Position numbers and translations under genes: made by a program
Shown here: piece after piece, positions 1 to 6,703 of the stretch
Position numbering within the stretch: the stretch's first letter is position 1
Layout of the letters: each line of letters opens with the position of its first letter
The notes under the pieces: generated by a model
What the model saw: only the letters and a program-made list of their open reading frames with translations
What the model was told of the DNA's origin: nothing
Databases searched by the model: none
Assembly: GCA_034722435.1 (NCBI GenBank)
Contig: JAYENX010000038.1
Span: 1 to 11,465, forward strand
Direction: 5' to 3'
Source of the DNA: Nanobdellota archaeon
GTDB lineage: Archaea; Nanobdellota; Nanobdellia; Woesearchaeales; JAHWHD01
DNA: 11,465 nucleotides

Positions 1-57
1 AGAGTTAAGTATGTGTTGAAAATGAGAAGATTGAGGAGATTGCTTAGGGGGTGGTGA
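1..57 (+). CDS. 3' end of an upstream gene (partial, ...RVKYVLKMRRLRRLLRGW*)
   Basis: Frame 1 is open from position 1 to TGA at 55-57, abutting or overlapping the start of the next ORF as in the rest of this gene chain. Too short to assign a product. Confidence 0.45.
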   Translation, partial: RVKYVLKMRRLRRLLRGW

Positions 58-620
58 ATGTGCAAGTTAGTGAAGTTTATGAAAGATTAGATGATCTTGA
101 GGATAAGTTAAGGTTTGATTTGCGTAAAGCGTTTACGCCGGAGCAAGAGTTTCAAGCTCATGCGGATTTTTCTAGAGAATATCTTTTAGCGATGGGTAAA
201 GAGGTTCCTTATCAACTTATAGAGAAATCGGTAAGGGAGGCTCTGATTATGGATGAGGTTTGGTTGAAGCTTGACAAGGTTAAGTTTAGTTATAATAATC
301 TTGTTAGAGAATTGACAACTATAAGAAGAGATGCAATAGCTAAATCTTTAGTGACTGGTGATGGACCTGATGATGTACATTCTTTGACACAAGTTTTTGA
401 AAAATATGAAATAAATCCTGTGCAAGATACTTTCACTAAGGCGGTTTATTTGATAAGTCAGACAAGAAAGGATGTTATACAGACCAAATATGGACATAAA
501 ATTTTGAGAATGAAAGAGTTATTGACTCCTAATCATATGACTTTTTCGGAATTTATTCTTTTTAAAAATGGGTATGCAACTAGTACTTTTAATGGTGGGG
601 TGGATTCTAATGTCGCTTGA
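51..620 (+). CDS. hypothetical protein, predicted mostly alpha-helical (~186-189 aa)
   Basis: Long ORF with the same T/G-ending codon style as other + genes, overlapping the next gene by 11 nt. The true start may be GTG 54 or GTG 60; the SD-like GGGGGTG at 47-53 fits 60 best. No motif recognised. Confidence 0.8.
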   Translation: MVNVQVSEVYERLDDLEDKLRFDLRKAFTPEQEFQAHADFSREYLLAMGKEVPYQLIEKSVREALIMDEVWLKLDKVKFSYNNLVRELTTIRRDAIAKSLVTGDGPDDVHSLTQVFEKYEINPVQDTFTKAVYLISQTRKDVIQTKYGHKILRMKELLTPNHMTFSEFILFKNGYATSTFNGGVDSNVA

Positions 621-3066
621 TGAAAAAATAGAATTATGTTATTTAGCAATAGGTGAGCTTGCGCTCGGTACAAAAGTATATGACCCTCGGGCTATGGATG
701 GTTTGGCTTTGTTCCTTAGAGTGAATGGTTTGGATAAGAAAATTCAGCAACTTGTGATTGATTCTGGTATAATGCCTTTAGTGCCATCATATTATGGGCT
801 TTCAAATGCGAAAAATATGCGATTTCTTGGAGTGGATAAAACTCAAAGTCCTAATCAAAGAGCTGAACTTGTTCTTAGAAGTGATATTGAGAAGAAAGAA
901 AAAGAGTATATTGAGAATTTTGTGTTACATAAAATTACTAGTAAGGAGCAGGCTGCGGGTTTTGCTAAACAGGAGCTGGAGAAATTGCTTACGGTGTTAG
1001 GTGATGTTGAGACTCATTATATTCATGGAGAAGAGGATAGAAAGAATATAGAAGCTTTGGAAGAGTTGAAGATTAATGATTATATGAGGATTGAGCAGAA
1101 TCAAGGAGATTTGGAGGATAAATTAAAGCGAACAAAACATGCTCATGATAAAGCTGTTGTTGGACTTGATGAGACTGAAAAAGAAAAGAAGTTGTTGCAG
1201 TGCGCGCGACGGTATTTGCGGTTGTATACTGGAAATGAATTTAAGAAACGTGTGAAAACTTTTATTGAGAAAAAGGCTGAAGAATTTCAGCACTTAAGTA
1301 TCGGTGATGCAAATAAGTTAAAACATTTTTTGAGGACTGCAAGGAATGTTGCAGATGTTAAGACTAAATTACAAGATGTTTACGGGGATATAAAAGATCT
1401 TAACAATGAAATAAAGTATAATGAAAAATCTGCGCGTGATTGCCAGATTACTTTGAATGCTATTGCTAGAGAGAAAGAAGCGTCAGGTTTTTTTAGGATA
1501 ACAAAGAGACAGCAGATACAGGCCGATGAAGAAGAGATTTTGTTTAGGCTTGCGAAAAAAGAATATAATGATTTGTTGTATTCTATTGTTTCGAATGGTA
1601 AGTTTCATGTGCATACTGATAATTATGCTGAGGTTGAGTTTAATGGTTTTAAATTGCGAGTTTATCATAGTATGAATTCTAATTCTGATGCTTCTTGTAC
1701 TGATTCCCTTGCCAGAATGAAGAAAGAGAATAATTCTGAGAGTAAATATGGTGGGGAAATATCTGACGTTGTGATTTCTGTGCATGGTAAAGGGGGATTT
1801 AGATTTCAGCCTACTCCAAAACAGACAGAGGATACTGTGAAGGGTGAGGAAAGGGAGACTCCTGAGCTTGTGATGGATATGAAGTTGCCTACATTTCAGT
1901 CGTACTCTGCATTGAAATGGGCACGTAAAAAGAATTTGAAAAATTGGCATACTAAACGTTATGATTCTAAGAATTATGCTTCGGGTGCTGTAATCCATAC
2001 TGTAAAAGAGAATGGCGTGCAGGAGGTTGAATATATAGATATGCTTGATTTGATAGAGTTTGGTGAGATAAGTGGAGAGATACAATTATTAGAGCAAAAG
2101 ATTGTAGATACTAAGAGTTCTAGGCAAAAAAAGAAGTTACAAAAAAGGGTAAATGAATTAATAAATCTGGTTAAAATTGAGACTGAGAAAATTGAGGTTT
2201 CAGGTGATCAACATGTTGGTTGTCCTAATGTACCGGGAAGGCCGAGTAATTATGACTTTATCAGTGCAAGTCAAGTTTATCAAACTGACGCTGGTCTTCC
2301 TTGTCTTATTGTGACTTCTGAGGTTTTGCATGGTACATTGCAAAAGATTTTTTCTAGTAATAAACAATACTTTTCCGAGGTTCCTAAAAAAAGAGAGGAT
2401 CTTGAGAAAAAGATTGTAGAGGATACTTCTTTAAGTGATGAGGAGAAGGTTGCAGAGTTGCAAAAATTTTACAAAGTACAGCATGAATCGACACCTATCA
2501 CGAGTAATTCTGTGGCCAAGTTAGAAGTGAAAAGGAGAGTTGTTCCGTATCTTGAGAAAATTCTTGAAAATGGTGGGACTGTTGTGTTGGTTAGCGGTAA
2601 TCATTATAATTGTTCAACTGGTGAGGATGAGGCATATGAACTTGCTTCTATGCTTGATTTGAAATATGTTGATAATGGTCAAGTGCAAATTTTTGACGGT
2701 CTTGGTGCAAAGTATGGTTCCGGGACAATGCGGTTGCCTAATGGTAAGAAATTGTATTCAGCTCATAAACCGCAGAATGGTACTGATGAAGTTGCGGGGG
2801 CGATGAATCAAGTATTGAAAGCTAATTTGGATGCTGCAATTTTTGTGTTTTTTGATAGGCATCATTGCGGAGGCGGGTATGCTAATGGTTCTGCGTTTGT
2901 GGCTGCGCCCGGAATGCAACCTTGGAATAAGTATGTTGATGCAATAGGTAAGTGTCCTGGGTTAAGGGGGTTGGTTAATATGTTCTATGACCCTGGTAAA
3001 CGATATTTTAAGTGGGAATTTGTTCTGGATCCGACACTTGAGGGGGTTATGAAAAATGAAAAATAG
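610..3066 (+). CDS. tandem calcineurin-like metallophosphoesterase-fold protein with coiled-coil insertion (~818 aa)
   Basis: C-terminal domain has the MPP motifs in order: SGDQHVG (DxH), VTSEVLHG (motif II variant), VSGNHY (GNH), YSAH, FFDRHH, then APGMQ. The N-terminal half has degenerate equivalents: AIGELALG, VIDSGIMP, IHGEED, RVYH, ISVHG, LPTFQ. Start placed at ATG 610 (SD-like GGGGTGGA at 597-604) rather than 568. Confidence 0.8.
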   Translation: MSLDEKIELCYLAIGELALGTKVYDPRAMDGLALFLRVNGLDKKIQQLVIDSGIMPLVPSYYGLSNAKNMRFLGVDKTQSPNQRAELVLRSDIEKKEKEYIENFVLHKITSKEQAAGFAKQELEKLLTVLGDVETHYIHGEEDRKNIEALEELKINDYMRIEQNQGDLEDKLKRTKHAHDKAVVGLDETEKEKKLLQCARRYLRLYTGNEFKKRVKTFIEKKAEEFQHLSIGDANKLKHFLRTARNVADVKTKLQDVYGDIKDLNNEIKYNEKSARDCQITLNAIAREKEASGFFRITKRQQIQADEEEILFRLAKKEYNDLLYSIVSNGKFHVHTDNYAEVEFNGFKLRVYHSMNSNSDASCTDSLARMKKENNSESKYGGEISDVVISVHGKGGFRFQPTPKQTEDTVKGEERETPELVMDMKLPTFQSYSALKWARKKNLKNWHTKRYDSKNYASGAVIHTVKENGVQEVEYIDMLDLIEFGEISGEIQLLEQKIVDTKSSRQKKKLQKRVNELINLVKIETEKIEVSGDQHVGCPNVPGRPSNYDFISASQVYQTDAGLPCLIVTSEVLHGTLQKIFSSNKQYFSEVPKKREDLEKKIVEDTSLSDEEKVAELQKFYKVQHESTPITSNSVAKLEVKRRVVPYLEKILENGGTVVLVSGNHYNCSTGEDEAYELASMLDLKYVDNGQVQIFDGLGAKYGSGTMRLPNGKKLYSAHKPQNGTDEVAGAMNQVLKANLDAAIFVFFDRHHCGGGYANGSAFVAAPGMQPWNKYVDAIGKCPGLRGLVNMFYDPGKRYFKWEFVLDPTLEGVMKNEK

Positions 3067-3214
3067 AATTCAAAGGTTTGTTTTGTATTCAAGAGAAGAA
3101 AGGCTGGTTGAGCCGAAATATGGTATTCATGATAGGGGTCTTCTTTCAAGATTGAACCCTGAATATTATAAAATTATAAGGGGGGATAAATATGAGTCTA
3201 ACAGAAAAAGTTAG
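3056..3214 (+). CDS. small hypothetical protein, 52 aa (MKNRIQRFVLYSREERLVEPKYGIHDRGLLSRLNPEYYKIIRGDKYESNRKS), absent from the ORF track
   Basis: ATG at 3056 with GAGGGGGT at 3040-3047 (8-nt spacing). The frame stays open across the whole gap, overlapping the upstream gene by 11 nt and the protease start by 23 nt. Confidence 0.6.
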   Translation: MKNRIQRFVLYSREERLVEPKYGIHDRGLLSRLNPEYYKIIRGDKYESNRKS

Positions 3215-4187
3215 AAAATATTGTACAAGATTAGTTGCTTCCGCAGTGTTGGCTGCTACTGTAATGGCGCCAGCATCTTGTGCTGAAGCTATGATTAATT
3301 ATCCGCAGCAGAATGTGGTTCAACAGGTTGGTATGCGGGAATATTCTAGGTTTGTTAAAGGAGCTTTTGATAAGAAATATGATAACCATAACATGTTTTA
3401 CAAAGAGTCTTTAGACGATCTTTTGGATACGACGCATAAAGTTTATGGACATTTAACAATTGAACTTACTAAGTATAGTTATAATGGAAATAAGGTTGTA
3501 AAACATAAAGTTGAGAGAACAATGACTGGTCAGGGTTCTGCTGTAGTTGTTGGCAATGATGGAGATAAATTAACTTTGGTAACTGCTAATCATGTAGTTA
3601 ATCCTCCTCCTTTTAAAGATGTTTATGATGTTAAAGGGAGACCTGTACTTACGCATAAGGTTAAGGAAGTTAATTATATTCTTGAACAGACTGATTTGTT
3701 TGTACCGGTGGTTGCATTGCCGTTTGTTGGGACATCGAGGTTGAGTGTGGGCCCTGAGTTAAAGGTAGTTGCCCGTGACAAGGCTCGAGATATTGCTATA
3801 ATCCAAACTAAGAAAGAATTTAGTGACCATATTAAACATTATAAAACAATTAATCGCTGGGGTAATTCTAAAGAGTTAAAGGTTGGCGATTTTTTGTATG
3901 CTGTAGGTTTTCCAAGAAATATAACTAAACAATTAGCTTCAGGGTATGTGTCTGCTAAAGGTAATCCGTTTACTCCTGGTGATGATCACAGGTTTATAGT
4001 TGATATGTCTGTTAACCCTGGTAATTCTGATGGGCCTGTATATGCTTTAAGAGATGGTAAGCCTGAACTTGTTGGAATTGTGAGTAGTAAATGGCCTGAA
4101 GGTATTGGCGGAATAATTAGGATTGATTCTGTTAAAAAGTTAATGGCAAAAATTGGTCTTAGTAAGTTGTTAGGTGTGGCGAAATGA
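3192..4187 (+). CDS. secreted trypsin-like (S1, HtrA/DegP-like, no PDZ) serine protease
   Basis: Catalytic triad motifs TANH(134), RD(200)IAII and NPGNS(279)DGP, plus GSAVVV and VGD..YAVGFP. N-terminal signal peptide (basic n-region, LVASAVLAATVMAPA, AEA cleavage site). G-rich SD at 3180-3186. Confidence 0.9.
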   Translation: MSLTEKVRKYCTRLVASAVLAATVMAPASCAEAMINYPQQNVVQQVGMREYSRFVKGAFDKKYDNHNMFYKESLDDLLDTTHKVYGHLTIELTKYSYNGNKVVKHKVERTMTGQGSAVVVGNDGDKLTLVTANHVVNPPPFKDVYDVKGRPVLTHKVKEVNYILEQTDLFVPVVALPFVGTSRLSVGPELKVVARDKARDIAIIQTKKEFSDHIKHYKTINRWGNSKELKVGDFLYAVGFPRNITKQLASGYVSAKGNPFTPGDDHRFIVDMSVNPGNSDGPVYALRDGKPELVGIVSSKWPEGIGGIIRIDSVKKLMAKIGLSKLLGVAK

Positions 4188-4414
4188 CCTCGAAAGATGT
4201 GATTGATCGAGAGAATGATGCGGAGGTTAAGTTTAGGTATGTACGAAATAAGTTTGGTAAGTGTCCTGCTTTGGAATATTCAGGGTCTGAAGGTTACTGT
4301 ACAAAACTAATACCTTGCGATCAGTATTCTTCTGATGATTTTGTTTCGGTCAAACATCCCTGGGAGAAAGTTAAAAAGATGTATTGTAAATGTAAATTTG
4401 TTGAGAAGAATTGA
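4184..4414 (+). CDS. small Cys-rich hypothetical protein (76 aa)
   Basis: ATGA start/stop overlap with the protease, AGGTG SD at 4172-4176, and 5 Cys (C27, C39, C45, C68, C70). Confidence 0.7.
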   Translation: MTSKDVIDRENDAEVKFRYVRNKFGKCPALEYSGSEGYCTKLIPCDQYSSDDFVSVKHPWEKVKKMYCKCKFVEKN

Positions 4415-4423
4415 AAAAAAAAA
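4414..4423 (-). terminator. oligo-T tract (T10 on minus strand), probable archaeal terminator of the HIT gene
   Basis: A10 run on the + strand about 35 nt past the HIT stop codon. Oligo-T tracts are the established archaeal intrinsic terminator signal. Confidence 0.5.
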
Positions 4424-4457
4424 CGGGATTGAATAAGAAGGGGTGGGATTTGATGAA

Positions 4458-5501
4458 TTAATTATTTTTTAATATTTCAATTGCTTTTTTTATTTCTTCT
4501 TGTTCAGGTGTTAATGGTTTAGATTCTTTTGGTTCTATTTTTTTAAGTTTTTGTTCTTTTCTATTATTAGCTTCGTGTTCAACTAAAAACATGGCATCTT
4601 TTATTTTTGAAGCTAGTTCTTTAAAGTCTGGTTTGTTGTCGATTGGTTTGCAAAGTAAATCTAAACCGTCGTCTTGGTACCTTGGTAGGATGTGTAGAGA
4701 TAATTTTTCATCTGTGTTGTCTTCACATTTGCCTGTTTTAAGAATTATATTTGAACCGTGTGCGCCCAGGCCTTCAAAAGCTGCGGTTGCTGCATATGAT
4801 GCTACATAGAAAATGTGTGAACCTGATTCGAAGTTTAATTTTTCAAACAGTTTAGGTTCTTCTTTAGAGTATATTGTCATGTGGCCTGTGCACATTTGGT
4901 TTTCGGGTGCAATACAGATTACTTTTTCGTCTTGGTAAAGTATTTGTTCAGGTTTTATGAAATTTAGATGTTCTGGTATAGTGCTTGTATTTCCTGTTTG
5001 CCAGTTTACTGGTGTTCTTTTGAAATGGTTTTTTAGCATTATTGGCATGTTTTGTGCTAGCATTGTATTAATCTGTTTATTTTTTGATTCATCTAATTTG
5101 CCTTTTTTGTTGAATGCAAATTTTGTGATTCCGTCATTTTTTTCTCTTGGTAAAACGTGCATTAAAAAGTGTGGAGATTGTTGGCCTGCTACGCCTCCGT
5201 TGGCAATGAAGACATTAGCGCCTGAGCAAAGAATTGATTTTTTTAAGGCTTTAATCATTGCAGGAAGATTGCCAAAGATGTGTTGAAATGTTTTTACAGG
5301 AATGTATGGCATTATAGGGTAATGTTCTTTTGGATAAAGAAGAATGTGGCCAGTGGTCCAAGGGTTGATGTCAAGGATTCCAAACATTAGTTTGTCATCG
5401 TAAGCAATACTTGCCGGGATTTCTCCTTTAGTTATTTTACAGAACGGACATTGTTCTTTCTGTTCATCTAGTTGTGCCTGGACTTCAGGTGTTATTTCCA
5501 T
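4458..5501 (-). CDS. tandem HIT (histidine triad)-fold protein, both triads degenerate
   Basis: Domain 1: CPFCKI, YDD, LDINP, GHILLYPKEH, NGGVAGQQSPHFLMHVLPR. Domain 2: ILYQDEKVI, TGHM, GSNII, KLSLHILPRY. Charged C-terminal tail. Confidence 0.88.
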   Translation of the reverse strand: MEITPEVQAQLDEQKEQCPFCKITKGEIPASIAYDDKLMFGILDINPWTTGHILLYPKEHYPIMPYIPVKTFQHIFGNLPAMIKALKKSILCSGANVFIANGGVAGQQSPHFLMHVLPREKNDGITKFAFNKKGKLDESKNKQINTMLAQNMPIMLKNHFKRTPVNWQTGNTSTIPEHLNFIKPEQILYQDEKVICIAPENQMCTGHMTIYSKEEPKLFEKLNFESGSHIFYVASYAATAAFEGLGAHGSNIILKTGKCEDNTDEKLSLHILPRYQDDGLDLLCKPIDNKPDFKELASKIKDAMFLVEHEANNRKEQKLKKIEPKESKPLTPEQEEIKKAIEILKNN

Positions 5502-5523
5502 GATTAGGATCTGGGTATGGTTG

Positions 5524-5531
5524 TTTATAAA
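5524..5531 (-). promoter_or_regulatory. TATA box (TTTATAAA) of the HIT gene, probably a leaderless transcript
   Basis: Consensus archaeal TATA ending 22 nt before the ATG, with no SD in between. Confidence 0.6.
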
Positions 5532-5621
5532 TTTAATGTTTGGTAGTATGTACCTAGCTTGTTTATACTCTCTATGTGAAAGTATTTTGTTTTTTCTTTA
5601 ATTTTTATGTATATACCCTAA

Positions 5622-5666
5622 ATTATATAAATGTAAGATTTATTTTTATTATTATAGTTGAGGTGA
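5622..5666 (+). promoter_or_regulatory. TATA box (ATTATATAAA) and SD (GAGGTGA, 5660-5666) of trxB
   Basis: Archaeal consensus elements; the SD lies 6 nt before ATG 5673. Confidence 0.65.
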
Positions 5667-5672
5667 ATTAAT

Positions 5673-6623
5673 ATGGTTGAAAATAATGATAATAATAATG
5701 TTTACGATGTTATTGTAATAGGAACAGGGGCTGCAGGGTATACTGCTGCAATCTATGCTTCCAGGTATAAACTTAAGACTTTAGTGATTGGGAAAGAGTT
5801 TGGCGGTGTAGCTGCCGAGGCTTACATTGTAGAAAATTATCCTGGTTTTGAATCTGTAAAGGGGTTTGATCTTATGGAAAGTTGGAGAAAGCACGTAAAA
5901 GCTTTAGGTGTACAGGTTAAACCTGGAACTGTGGATGGATTGAATAAAATTGAAGAGGGGTTTGAAGTTTTTGTAGGGGAGAAAACTAGGTATGTTGCTA
6001 AGAGTTTAATTTTAGGTATTGGTCTAGAACGGAGAAAGTTAAATATTGAGGGCGAAGAGGAGTTGTTGAGCAAAGGTATACATTACTGTGCAACTTGTGA
6101 TGCTCCTTTTTACAAGGGTAAAGTTACTGCTGTTGTAGGGGGTAGTGATAGTGCTGCGTCTGCTGCTTTACTTTTAGCTGAATACTGTCCTAAAGTTTAC
6201 ATTATTTATAGAAAGGATAAATTGAGAAGTGAGCCTTACTGGACAGATCTTGTAGAGAAGAATGATAAGATTGAAGTTATTTATACTACAAATATTACAA
6301 AAGCGATTGGTAAGGATAAGTTAGAAGCTATTGAGCTTGATAAAGAGTTTAATGGTTCAAAGAAATTGAAACTTGATGGTTTATTTATTGAAATTGGTTC
6401 AGTTCCTAACTTGGCACTTATTGAAGAACTTGATTTGGATCATGATGGTGGATATATTAAGGTTAATACTAAACAAGAAACTTCTTTATCAGGGGTTTGG
6501 GCGGCAGGAGATGTTACGTCAGGGTCTTTACCCTTGAAACAAATCATTGTTGCAGGTGCTCAAGGTGCACAGGCTGCTAATGGTGCTTTTATCTATGTGA
6601 AGACTTTGGCTTCTAAGAAGTGA
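5673..6623 (+). CDS. trxB: thioredoxin-disulfide reductase (FAD-dependent)
   Basis: FAD motif VIVIGTGAAGYTAAIY, VENYPG, redox-active HYCATCD, NAD(P)H motif VVGGSDSA and the second FAD motif TSLSGVWAAGDV. Confidence 0.95.
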   Translation: MVENNDNNNVYDVIVIGTGAAGYTAAIYASRYKLKTLVIGKEFGGVAAEAYIVENYPGFESVKGFDLMESWRKHVKALGVQVKPGTVDGLNKIEEGFEVFVGEKTRYVAKSLILGIGLERRKLNIEGEEELLSKGIHYCATCDAPFYKGKVTAVVGGSDSAASAALLLAEYCPKVYIIYRKDKLRSEPYWTDLVEKNDKIEVIYTTNITKAIGKDKLEAIELDKEFNGSKKLKLDGLFIEIGSVPNLALIEELDLDHDGGYIKVNTKQETSLSGVWAAGDVTSGSLPLKQIIVAGAQGAQAANGAFIYVKTLASKK

Positions 6624-6650
6624 TTTTTTTAATTTTTTAAATATTTTCTT
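6624..6650 (+). terminator. T-rich tracts downstream of trxB, probable terminator
   Basis: TTTTTT AA TTTTTT immediately after the stop codon. Confidence 0.45.
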
Positions 6651-6673
6651 TTATATTTCTTATCACAATTATC

Positions 6674-6681
6674 TTTATAAG
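6674..6681 (+). promoter_or_regulatory. TATA box (TTTATAAG), leaderless spacing to ATG 6704
   Basis: 22-nt gap to the ATG, the same as for the HIT and Zn-ribbon genes. Confidence 0.55.
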
Positions 6682-6703
6682 TGGGTCTTATTTTTTGAAT
6701 TAT

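Noticed and set aside
568-609. N-terminal extension MGMQLVLLMVGWIL of the 832-aa ORF, resembling a signal peptide
   Set aside because: It lies inside the upstream gene in another frame. ATG 610 has a good SD and gives a short overlap typical of this operon, so the hydrophobic leader is probably an artefact.
794-1000. 68-aa alternative-frame ORF
   Set aside because: Nested in the MPP gene, with no SD or motif; a shadow ORF.
1483-2085. 200-aa antisense ORF
   Set aside because: Its I/F/L/H-rich composition is what the reverse complement of a Glu/Asp/Lys-rich gene gives. No motif or promoter context.
610-3066. Calling the large protein Mre11/SbcD, a Rad50 fusion, or DNA polymerase D small subunit (DP1)
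   Set aside because: No Walker A/B or zinc hook, no adjacent Rad50/NurA/HerA genes, and no OB-fold N-terminus. The motifs deviate from those families and the fold is duplicated.
3096-3165. Short hairpins or palindromes (GGCT-N5-AGCC, TTCAA-GA-TTGAA) as a possible ncRNA or operator
   Set aside because: The stems are only 4-5 bp, as expected by chance in AT-rich DNA, and the region is better explained by the 52-aa ORF.
4591-5286. 72-aa and 109-aa + strand ORFs opposite the HIT gene
   Set aside because: Antisense shadows of a gene with clear family motifs.
5680-5702. AAT/GAT microsatellite at the start of trxB (NNDNNN)
   Set aside because: Short in-frame low-complexity N-terminal extension with no sign of phase variation.
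5837-6073. 78-aa antisense ORF in trxB
   Set aside because: Shadow of a well-conserved gene.
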